Assembly: GCA_963754875.1 (NCBI GenBank) | Contig: CAVWHO010000008.1 | Location: forward strand, 256,001-320,000 | DNA: 64,000 bases | Direction of reading: 5' to 3' | From: Nitrospirota bacterium | Lineage (GTDB): Bacteria; Nitrospirota; UBA9217 | Shown here: positions 20,818 through 28,691 of the stretch, in pieces | Layout: each line of letters opens with the position of its first letter | Numbering within the stretch: position 1 is the first letter of the stretch | Translations under genes and position numbers: made by a program | The notes under the pieces: model-generated | The model's database searches: none | Told to the model about the DNA's origin: nothing | Seen by the model: only the letters and a program-made list of their open reading frames with translations

Positions 20818-20927
20818 CAGCTTTTGTGTACTTTCGCTCGAGTACCCGCAGGCGCTTTCTTCTTCAATTTGGCACGCCAGTCTGTGAGTTCTGCGATCAG
20901 CTGGTCAATACGTTCCGATGGATTCAT
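20814..20927 (-). pseudogene. Internally deleted DUF1801-like cassette gene (37 aa), copy 2
   Basis: MNPSERIDQLIAELTDWRAKLKKKAPAGTRAKVHKSW*; the stop codon lies in the REP. Confidence 0.6.
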
Positions 20928-21002
20928 AGGATCTTTATGCCTTCCTTTTCAGTTTTTTTATCGAAGTAGCTTTTAAATTATCCTTTTCTTTGCCTTGGGG
21001 CA

Positions 21003-21068
21003 GCACAACGTTGAGGTTAACCGGCGAGCGGCCGGAGGCCGCGAGTCCGGTTCAACCTGGTGTTAGGC
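21003..21068 (-). mobile_element. Integron attC site (66 bp)
   Basis: Minus strand R'' GCCTAAC, 5-nt spacer, L'' GTTGAACC (extrahelical G), palindromic centre, L' GGTTAAC, R' GTTGTGC. Confidence 0.9.
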
Positions 21069-21077
21069 AGAGCTCCC

Positions 21078-21563
21078 CTATTTGCGGCGACGGAGAATGG
21101 CCCGAAGGCACCGGACGTATCGGGACCATGGTACCGGTACTGCTTTGCCCGTGAGGGCCCTTTCGGCATTCGTGAGCGCATCCTCGAGCAACGCGTCATG
21201 AAGGGGCCGAAACACGAGTAGCCACGACGCCACGCCTACCCCATGGGCTGACATTGAAATGGTATGGGAAAGGACAGTTCCGCCTTCTGTGCCGGTGACC
21301 GTGAAACAGTGCGTACCGTCGAACCCCCTTGGTGCGATGAAGCGGAACGTGGCAGCACGGCCGGGCTCGTAAGACTCCACGGTGTAACGAATGGGGCCGT
21401 GACCGCCGGTCGCGCCAGGCTGCAGAGGCCGATCCAGACGCATCGGGGGCCACGCATGGACTGGCCACAGCCGATCCGATGGACTGCCGAGCGTGTTGAG
21501 AAGATTACCTGTGGCCTCCACAGTCGCCGCGATGGTCCGAGAATGCGTGTTCAGAACTTGCAT
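21078..21563 (-). CDS. SRPBCC/polyketide-cyclase-like protein, first gene cassette
   Basis: LWP...GGHGPIRYTVE...FRPLHDALLED; bounded by GTTAGGT upstream and GCCTAAC downstream. Confidence 0.8.
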   Translation of the reverse strand: MQVLNTHSRTIAATVEATGNLLNTLGSPSDRLWPVHAWPPMRLDRPLQPGATGGHGPIRYTVESYEPGRAATFRFIAPRGFDGTHCFTVTGTEGGTVLSHTISMSAHGVGVASWLLVFRPLHDALLEDALTNAERALTGKAVPVPWSRYVRCLRAILRRRK

Positions 21564-21583
21564 GAGATGACGTGCCCGGCTCT

Positions 21584-21641
21584 ACCTAACCAGTATTTGA
21601 TGGGACGCTACCCGCCATGTCCGAAAATTCGGAAATGGCGG
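21584..21641 (-). mobile_element. attI-like primary recombination site
   Basis: Core GTTAGGT (complementary at 6/7 positions to the cassette's GCCTAAC) without an attC left arm; adjacent hairpin CCCGCCAT..TCCGAA/TTCGGA..ATGGCGGG. Confidence 0.55.
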
Positions 21642-21761
21642 GGCGAAAAATTCACATTCCGGCGCAACAGTGTGCAAAACTTAACCACATTTTTTTCGCT
21701 CCTCCAAATGCAGAATTTTGGATTTGGAGGGATGAAATTTCTGCAACTTTATTGTTGGTCG

Positions 21762-21790
21762 AGTATATTCCTTGCTTTAAGGAGTGTCAA
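21762..21790 (-). promoter_or_regulatory. sigma70 promoter facing the cassette array (Pc-like)
   Basis: TTGACA-N17-TATACT on the minus strand. Confidence 0.8.
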
Positions 21791-21834
21791 GGCAAAGCCC
21801 TTGGACAAGAACCCGTCGATCGCACGTTGCGGGA

Positions 21835-21863
21835 TTGACAGAAAAAGGTTTGTCCTGTACACT
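21835..21863 (+). promoter_or_regulatory. sigma70 promoter of the glycosyltransferase
   Basis: TTGACA-N17-TACACT. Confidence 0.7.
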
Positions 21864-21935
21864 GATGCTCGTTTTCCAGCAAAGGCAAATGAGTCATGTG
21901 CCGCGCTTCAGCATATTTTTTTTCATGAGGTCCTG

Positions 21936-23394
21936 ATGGATACTTTCTTTACAAAGCGTAATACAATCATTGTCGTTGGTCTTTTGATCCTGTGGAAAAT
22001 ATATCTCTCCGCAACCTTGCAGCTCCATCCCGACGAAGCTTATTACTGGCTATGGTCACGGCACCTCGATTTCGGCTATTTCGATCACGCTCCCTTGATC
22101 GCGTGGGCCATACGGCTGACCACTCTTTTTTCGCAGCAGGAGCTGTGGGTGCGGTTCACCGGTATCATAGGTGCGGTCGTTACGAGCATCTGCGCCTGGG
22201 TCCTCACCATGCAGCTGTTTCCGAGACAGGACAATCGCTTCCGTAAGCGTCATTACGTTGAACGTGATGCCGCTCACCCTTGCCGGTTCATTACTCATAA
22301 CGCCTGATATCCCGGCTTTTCTCTTCTGGGGCCTTACCATATATCTGTACTGGCAGATCGTTGCCACCCGACAAGTTCTGTACTGGTATTTCATGGGTAT
22401 CGCCTTCGGCCTGGGGCTCCTGTCAAAATATACGGGCGTGCTCATCGCGCCCTGTTTCTTTCTCTTCATGCTCGTAACCGACGAACGGCGATGGTTTAAA
22501 ACCATTCACCCCTACGCCGCTTTCCTACTTGGCTGCGCATTCTTCCTTCCGGTCCTCTATTGGAACAGCAAACATAACTGGATCTCTTTCGGCTATCAAC
22601 TGGGCCATGGCCTTGGCGGGGCAACGTACTCTCCCAGAAAAGTCCTCGAATATCTGGGCGGACAGGCCGCTGTCGCGAGCCCCTTTCTCTGGATCCCGGG
22701 AGCATACGCATCAGTCCTCTATCTCTTCCGGAAAAACAAGGAGCAGCTGTTTGTGAGCCTCACCTCGCTCCCAATAATAGCTTTTTTCGCATATTCTTCT
22801 TTAAAGAATGTGGCCCAGGCCAACTGGCCTGCCACTGCCTATTTCTCCTTCAGCATACTTGTGGGCCATTATCTCTTCACCGGCGCTAAATGGAAAAAGA
22901 ATCTCTGGGCCTTCGCCGTCCTGTTCAGCGTTGTTCTCTGCTTTATCGTCATGCTGCATGCCCGGTTCAGCATACTTCCTCTTGAAAAATTCTCGAAGAA
23001 CGCAGCAGAAGCTGATGCCACGCAGTTTTTCTATGGCTGGCGGGAATTGGGGCAGGAACTCGAAAAAGATCCCTCTATAAAATTCGCTATAGCGGAAAAA
23101 CATCAATTGGCTGCCGAGATCAGCTACTACACGAAGGAACGGGTTTTCGCCTATGTCGATTACAACAACACGAAGGTGAACCAGTTTAACTTTTGGACGT
23201 TTCCCGACGAATTAAAAAACAAAAAGGGCGTCGCTGTTTACGTGGAAGGGCATGATGCTCTTCCCTACGCAAAATATTTTCAATCCCTGGGAGACATAAA
23301 TACTTTCTCGGTAAAAAGGGGCGATCGTGTCGTACGCACGTACCATATGATTTACGGCACCGGTTACATCTATCCGCCGCCCCCGAAACTGTAG
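21936..23394 (+). pseudogene. ArnT/GT39-family membrane glycosyltransferase, one frameshift at about 22220
   Basis: PDEAYYWLWSRHLDFGYFDHAP in one frame; ITPD and GLGLLSKYT in the next. Confidence 0.8.
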
Positions 23395-23417
23395 CAATGA
23401 AGCACCCTGAGTAAGTC

Positions 23418-23511
23418 TCCCCTCCCTATGATGGGAGGGGACTAAGGGGGGTGAAGTATCCGACGCCCATGCTCATCACCCTCACCTAACCTCTCCCGTC
23501 AAGGGAGAGGA
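23418..23511. repeat. CCCTCACC/GGGAGAGG-type palindromic doublet
   Basis: CCCCTCCC..GGGAGGGG...GGGGGGTGA ... TCACCCTCACC..CCTCTCCC..GGGAGAGG. Confidence 0.7.
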
Positions 23512-23590
23512 ACTAGCAAGAATTGCAATATAAACTCAAAAAAGTGATTTGATTTCGGGTCATGACAATGCTATAAGAAAGCAACATTAC

Positions 23591-23761
23591 ATATCAGTCT
23601 GTTCAAGTTAAGGGAATCCCGTGAAATCCGGGAGCGGACCCGCCGCTGTAATCCTGGCCCCATCGAGGGCCAAACCGTTTACCAAGGAAATTGCCACTGA
23701 CCAGCGAAATGGTTGGGAAGGCCGGTAAAGGGGGGAGAGCCAGAAGACCTGCTTGGATATT
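23591..23761 (+). ncRNA. Cobalamin riboswitch 1
   Basis: AAGGGAATCCCGTGAAATCCGGGAGCGGACCCGCCGCTGTAA...GCCACTG...GGGAAGGC...GAGCCAGAAGACCTG (B12 box). Confidence 0.92.
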
Positions 23762-23813
23762 CTTTTACACTGTCTTCGGAGTTAAGACCACGTGTGGATT
23801 ACGGTATTTTTCT

Positions 23814-23849
23814 AATCCCCAGTCTTCTATTCAAGACTGGGGATTTTTT
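23814..23849 (+). terminator. Intrinsic terminator, expression platform of riboswitch 1
   Basis: AATCCCCAGTCTT-CTATTC-AAGACTGGGGATT followed by a T run. Confidence 0.88.
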
Positions 23850-23922
23850 GTTTGCTGATCCCGCAAAAAGCTTTAACCGTGTGTCCGACAAAGTCGGACC
23901 TGTGGTGACAATTGCCTTTTCA

Positions 23923-24061
23923 GGAATGAGAAAACGGAAAGGGGTGAAAATCCCCTGCTGTCGCGCAACTGTGATGGAAACGAAAGCTGATTATGCCACT
24001 GCCCTCTTCGGGTGGGAAGGCCGGCGAGTAGGTTGTCCAGAGCCAGGAGACGTCTCATTCC
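23923..24061 (+). ncRNA. Cobalamin riboswitch 2
   Basis: Outer stem GGAATGAGA/TCTCATTCC enclosing CGGAAAGGGGTGAAAATCCCC..GCAACTGTGA..GCCACTG..GGGAAGGC..GAGCCAGGAGAC. Confidence 0.9.
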
Positions 24062-24154
24062 AATAACCGCGCTGAAGGAGATGACCATGAAAAGAAAAAA
24101 TCAGACGTTGTCGTAGAGGGCAATGCAAACGCATGTAAACTCGTTACTCTTTGC

Positions 24155-24205
24155 CCCTCATCCAACCCTTCTCCACAACGGTGAGAGGACTAAGGTGAGG
24201 GGAGA
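24155..24205. repeat. Degenerate CCCTCACC/GGGAGAGG-type repeat
   Basis: CCCCTCATCC..CCTTCTCC..GGTGAGAGG..GGTGAGGGG. Confidence 0.55.
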
Positions 24206-24241
24206 CTTTCCATTAACCCTATTGCCAAAAGGAGTTTTTCT

Positions 24242-25552
24242 ATGACAACGCAAATTGAAAGCGCCCGCAAAGGGCTTGTAACACCCCAGATGGAGGCTGT
24301 TTCTTGTTCTGAGAATTTATCGATTGAGTACGTCCGGACAATGGTGGCAGAGGGAAAGATCGTAATCCCTTGGAATATAAACCGGCGTCCGCAAGCAGTC
24401 GGCATCGGCAAGGGGTTGCGTACGAAGGTGAACGCTTCCATCGGTACGTCCTCTGATATCGTCGACTATGCAGCCGAAGTCAGGAAGGCGAAAACAGCAG
24501 TGGAAGCAGGTACAGACACGCTCATGGAACTTTCGGTGGGCGGCGACCTCGATCGCGTGCGGCGGGAAGTGATCGCGGCAGTCGATATCCCGGTCGGGAA
24601 TGTCCCGCTCTACCAGGCATTCTGCGAAGCCGGACGCAAATACGGCGATCCGAACAAGCTCGACGAGGAGATGCTCTTCGATTTGATTGAGCAGCAGTGC
24701 GTAGACGGCATCGCCTTCATGGCGATCCACTGCGGCATCAATCTCTATACCATAGAGCGTTTGCGAAAACAGGGGTATCGCTACGGCGGACTGGTGAGCA
24801 AAGGCGGGGTCAGCATGGTTGCCTGGATGCTTGCCAACAATAAGGAAAACCCGCTGTATGAGAAATTCGACCGCGTCGTCTCTATATTGAAGAAATACGA
24901 TGTGGTCCTTTCCCTGGGCAATGGCCTCAGGGCCGGGGCCATCCACGATTCGTCCGACCGGGCGCAGATCCAGGAATTGATCATCAATTGCGAACTTGCG
25001 GAACTCGGCAGGGAAATGGGATGCCAGATGCTGGTAGAAGGCCCGGGCCATGTGCCGCTCGATGAGATCGAGGGAAACATCCAGCTCCAAAAAAGGATGA
25101 GCAACGGGGCCCCGTACTATATGCTCGGCCCGATATCCACTGACGTTGCTCCGGGTTTCGACCACATCACTGCTGCCATCGGTGCGGCGCAATCGAGCCG
25201 GTATGGCGCAGATCTGATCTGCTACATCACTCCTGCCGAGCATCTGGCGTTGCCCAATGAGGCCGATGTTCGCATGGGCGTGCAGGCAGCCAAAATCGCC
25301 GCCTATATCGGCGACATGAACAAATATCCCGAGAAAGGAAGAATTCGCGACAAGGAAATGAGCAAAGCGCGGAGAGACCTCGATTGGGAAAAGCAATTCA
25401 AACTCGCGCTCTATCCTGATGAGGCGAAGGCGATCCGCAACAGCCGGATGCCGGAGCATGAAGATTCCTGTACCATGTGCGGTAGCTTTTGCGCTGCGAA
25501 GGGAGCTGCAAAGCTTTTTGCCGAGGACTTGCAGCAGAGCGTTAAATTATAA
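24242..25552 (+). CDS. bzaF: 5-hydroxybenzimidazole synthase (ThiC-like radical SAM enzyme)
   Basis: ThiC fold with CTMCGSFC; Bza-type substitutions MELS, GNVP, VSKGG, GNGLRAG; under cobalamin rather than TPP riboswitches. Confidence 0.85.
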   Translation: MTTQIESARKGLVTPQMEAVSCSENLSIEYVRTMVAEGKIVIPWNINRRPQAVGIGKGLRTKVNASIGTSSDIVDYAAEVRKAKTAVEAGTDTLMELSVGGDLDRVRREVIAAVDIPVGNVPLYQAFCEAGRKYGDPNKLDEEMLFDLIEQQCVDGIAFMAIHCGINLYTIERLRKQGYRYGGLVSKGGVSMVAWMLANNKENPLYEKFDRVVSILKKYDVVLSLGNGLRAGAIHDSSDRAQIQELIINCELAELGREMGCQMLVEGPGHVPLDEIEGNIQLQKRMSNGAPYYMLGPISTDVAPGFDHITAAIGAAQSSRYGADLICYITPAEHLALPNEADVRMGVQAAKIAAYIGDMNKYPEKGRIRDKEMSKARRDLDWEKQFKLALYPDEAKAIRNSRMPEHEDSCTMCGSFCAAKGAAKLFAEDLQQSVKL

Positions 25553-25560
25553 ATCGTTCA

Positions 25561-25597
25561 GAGGACCTCCCTATGCAGCGAAGATGGGGAGGTCTTT
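25561..25597 (+). terminator. Putative terminator after bzaF
   Basis: AGGACCTCCCTAT/ATGGGGAGGTCTT stem with a short T tract. Confidence 0.55.
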
Positions 25598-25912
25598 GCT
25601 TCACCTACCGAGGACTGATCCAGACCGCTACCCGTCCCTTACCTGCGAGAAGTCGATCAAGTGGCACAACTCAATGGATAGGTGACTGCTAATTGCCGAG
25701 AGGCCTCGAAGAGGTGAATAACCTCACATTGATATTCTTACCCCAACTTGCACCATCCTGCTTCTTTTCTCTTCTTGACAATTATTGCCGACAATGCTGA
25801 AATAGTGCAAGAAACGACAGAACGCGGGTCATGACGACTCTAGTGGAGCCCCCTCCGGCAGGAGCCGGGGGATTGCAAGTCGCGGGATTCAGCGAGGAAG
25901 AGAGGAGCGGAC

Positions 25913-27535
25913 ATGAAAACATCCAGCACAGGAGTTCTCATAGGATCAGTGGTTGGGGCATTGCTGGCCGCAGCACTGATCGCCGTCTTTTACGCGGGAT
26001 GGCGGCTTGCGGACCTGCCCTTCGTCCCCTTTGATGTGTTCGACTGGACGACCCGTATACTTCCGGGAGCGCTCATCGAATTCGTCATCGGCGCCATGGT
26101 GGCCGTTATCCGCGGACTGCACCTGGGTCCCACATCGGTGGTCGCCAAGATCATTGAGCAGGCAATGGGGATTGCCGGTTTGTTCATCACCGGCGTCGTT
26201 GCCGGCGCAGTTCTCTTCGGCGTGCTGCGGGCGCTGCGCGGCCGGTACGCCTACGTGTCTGGTTTTTCCCTGGGATTGATCGCGGCCATTCCCGCGGTGC
26301 TCATCAGTTCTTTTCTCAATAAAACAGCCGTCGCTTTGCCGCTGGTCAGCGCGCTCTGGATCATCTTCGTCTTTGCCTGCTGGGGCATTGCAATTGCCTG
26401 GACTTATCTGCGGTTGGCCGCTTTCAGCGCTTCCACTGAACCGGGTACGGACCTCGAACCCTTTGCACAGCGGGTCAGCCGGCGTAAATTCCTGGTCCGG
26501 CTTGCGGGGTACACGGCGACAATCACGGTGAGCGGGGCGATGGTGGGTCTTCTGTCGGAGCGCCACAGCCGGATGAAACTGCAGGGCCTCATGCCCTGGT
26601 CCGCAACGCACGTCCTGCCGAACGTGGGCGCCGCTGTCAAGCCCGCGCCCGGCACACGGCCCGAATACACCCCCCTGGAACGGCACTACCGCATTGACAT
26701 CAACACGACCCCGCCGAAGATCGACGGCATGCTGTGGCGGCTAAAGATCACGGGAATGATCGAAAAGCCTCTGTCCTTAACACTGGACGAGCTCCAGCGC
26801 TATGAACCCATGCACCAGTTCATCACGCTGTCCTGCATCTCCAACCCGGTGGGCGGCGATCTTATCGGCACGACGCGCTGGACCGGCGTTAGCCTGAAGA
26901 GCCTCCTGCCCGACCTCGGCCTGAAGCCGCACGCCACGCATTTGAAGATCAGCTCGGCAGACGGGTTCTTTGAAACCCTGCCCCTGGAGACGATCGAGGC
27001 CGACGAGCGGGTAATGCTGGCCTATGCCTGGGACGGGGTGCCGCTGCTTGAGGATCACGGCTTCCCGCTGCGGGTCTACATTCCGGACGTACACGGGATG
27101 AAGCAGCCCAAATGGATCGAGTCTATCGAGGCAATGGACCATTGGGAACCGGGCTACTGGGTGGTCCGCGGGTGGGACAAGGTCGCAAAGATGAAGGCAA
27201 CGTCCGTGATCGACACCATAGCCGTCGATATGACCATCATCGGCGCTGATAAGCGGAAGCTGGTGCCTATCGGCGGCATCGCCCACGCGGGTGACCGCGG
27301 GATCTCAAGGGTCGAAGTGCGGGTTGATGACGGCCCCTGGCAAACGGCCGAGATCAGAACGCCCTTATCGCAAACGACGTGGGTGATCTGGCGCTATGAC
27401 TGGCCGTTCCAGCCGGGCAAACACACCTTCGCGGTGCGCTGTTATGACGGGAGCAATACTCCGCAGATCGTTCAAGCGATGCCGCCTGCGCCCAGCGGTG
27501 CATCCGGACTGTTCAGCAAAAGCCAGAAATTCTGA
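25913..27535 (+). CDS. Membrane-anchored sulfite-oxidase-family molybdopterin oxidoreductase
   Basis: N-terminal transmembrane helices, internal SRRKFL, TLSCISN Mo-ligand Cys, HGFPLR, KQPKW, dimerisation domain. Confidence 0.9.
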   Translation: MKTSSTGVLIGSVVGALLAAALIAVFYAGWRLADLPFVPFDVFDWTTRILPGALIEFVIGAMVAVIRGLHLGPTSVVAKIIEQAMGIAGLFITGVVAGAVLFGVLRALRGRYAYVSGFSLGLIAAIPAVLISSFLNKTAVALPLVSALWIIFVFACWGIAIAWTYLRLAAFSASTEPGTDLEPFAQRVSRRKFLVRLAGYTATITVSGAMVGLLSERHSRMKLQGLMPWSATHVLPNVGAAVKPAPGTRPEYTPLERHYRIDINTTPPKIDGMLWRLKITGMIEKPLSLTLDELQRYEPMHQFITLSCISNPVGGDLIGTTRWTGVSLKSLLPDLGLKPHATHLKISSADGFFETLPLETIEADERVMLAYAWDGVPLLEDHGFPLRVYIPDVHGMKQPKWIESIEAMDHWEPGYWVVRGWDKVAKMKATSVIDTIAVDMTIIGADKRKLVPIGGIAHAGDRGISRVEVRVDDGPWQTAEIRTPLSQTTWVIWRYDWPFQPGKHTFAVRCYDGSNTPQIVQAMPPAPSGASGLFSKSQKF

Positions 27536-27694
27536 GGCCTCCGGCCGGACCGGTGTATGAATTCTGTCCCGATGCCGTCGCTCTGGATCGGGGAGCGTCA
27601 CGGGGCAGGTCAAGAAGACACTTGCGCGAACGAGGGCAGGCCCACGAAGTATTTCACCGCGCCTGCCGTGCCGAATCGTTCCGACCTCGCAACG

Positions 27695-28511
27695 TTATTT
27701 GGCGTTCGGGATAAACAAAGCATTGCCGTTCTTGTCCTTGTAAGCGGCGACAACATCCTGCCCTTCCTTGGAAATGATCCAGTTCACAAATTCCATTGCC
27801 TCTTTGAATTTCACCTCTTTGTGCTTGGCAGGGTTCACTGCCATAACGCCGTACTGGTTGAAAAGGGAAGGATCTCCTTCGAGGACGATGACCATGTCCA
27901 GCTTATCTTTGTCCTTTGTCGCCAGCCAGGTCCCCCGGTCCGTAAGCGTATAGGCACGCTTCTCGTTGGCGATCCGCTGGGTCTTCTCCATCCCCTGCCC
28001 TGCATCAAGGTACCATGGCCTGCCTTTTGGATCGATTCCCGCTTTTTTCCAGAGCGCAAGTTCCTTGGTGTTCGTGCCGGACTTGTCGCCCCGGGAGACG
28101 AAAACAGATCCGGATTTCGGCGATCCTCTTGAAGGTGTCGACAGCCGACTTCATGCCCTTGATCTTCGCCGGATCGCTCGTCGGGCCGATGACGACGAAG
28201 TCATTGTACATCACGTCATGCCGGTTCACAAAGTAGCCCTCTTCGAGAGCCTTCAGTTCCTGCTCCTTCGCATGGACGAAGACCACGTCGGCATCGCCGC
28301 GTTTGCCGATTTCGATGGCAGCACCGGTGCCCACGGCAACCACGTCGATCTTGATCCCGGTCTTTTTCTCAAAGATCGGCAGCAAATAGTCAAAGAGCCC
28401 GGAATTCTGCGTACTTGTGGTCGAGGCCATGCGGATGCGCGTCTCGGCCGAAACCGCGGCAGCGTTGCCAATAATCATTAAAACCGAAATCAATACGAAT
28501 AGCTTTTTCAT
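27695..28511 (-). pseudogene. tupA: Tungstate-binding periplasmic protein, two frameshifts (about 28110 and 28015)
   Basis: Signal peptide, ASTTSTQNSGL, VGTG, YNDFV; FVSRGDKSGT in a second frame; AYTLTDRGT...NQYGV in a third. Confidence 0.85.
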
Positions 28512-28544
28512 GCTTCCCTCCGTTTGTAAAATGTATGGTGAAGC

Positions 28545-28610
28545 TTCTTCCTTCCGTGAACCGGGGGAAAACAACGGTTCTCCCTCCTTGTCCCCTTCTG
28601 AAATCACGGA
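28545..28610 (-). ncRNA. Candidate structured leader upstream of tupA (Moco/Tuco-RNA-like)
   Basis: Outer stem TCCGTGA/TCACGGA followed by AGGAAG; inner GGGGA/TCCCC stem. Confidence 0.3.
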
Positions 28611-28691
28611 TGACGGTCTGCGCCTGGAAACTCGACAGAGGAGCAGAAACGCGGCAAGGGGGTCAACGTGCGGCTCGCCATACGGCAGCCC

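Noticed and set aside
19635..21068. Possible CRISPR array from the clustered palindromes
   Set aside because: Repeats are not identical or regularly spaced and no cas genes are present; REP and attC explain them.
21600..21935. Integron integrase or remnant beside the attI-like site
   Set aside because: No tyrosine-recombinase motifs in the short ORFs here; the long plus-strand frame is the GT39 N-terminus.
24242..25552. Calling this gene thiC
   Set aside because: Cobalamin rather than TPP riboswitches upstream, plus Bza-type active-site substitutions, favour bzaF.
25598..25900. Possible ncRNA in the bzaF-oxidoreductase spacer
   Set aside because: Only short stems; no known motif recognised on either strand.
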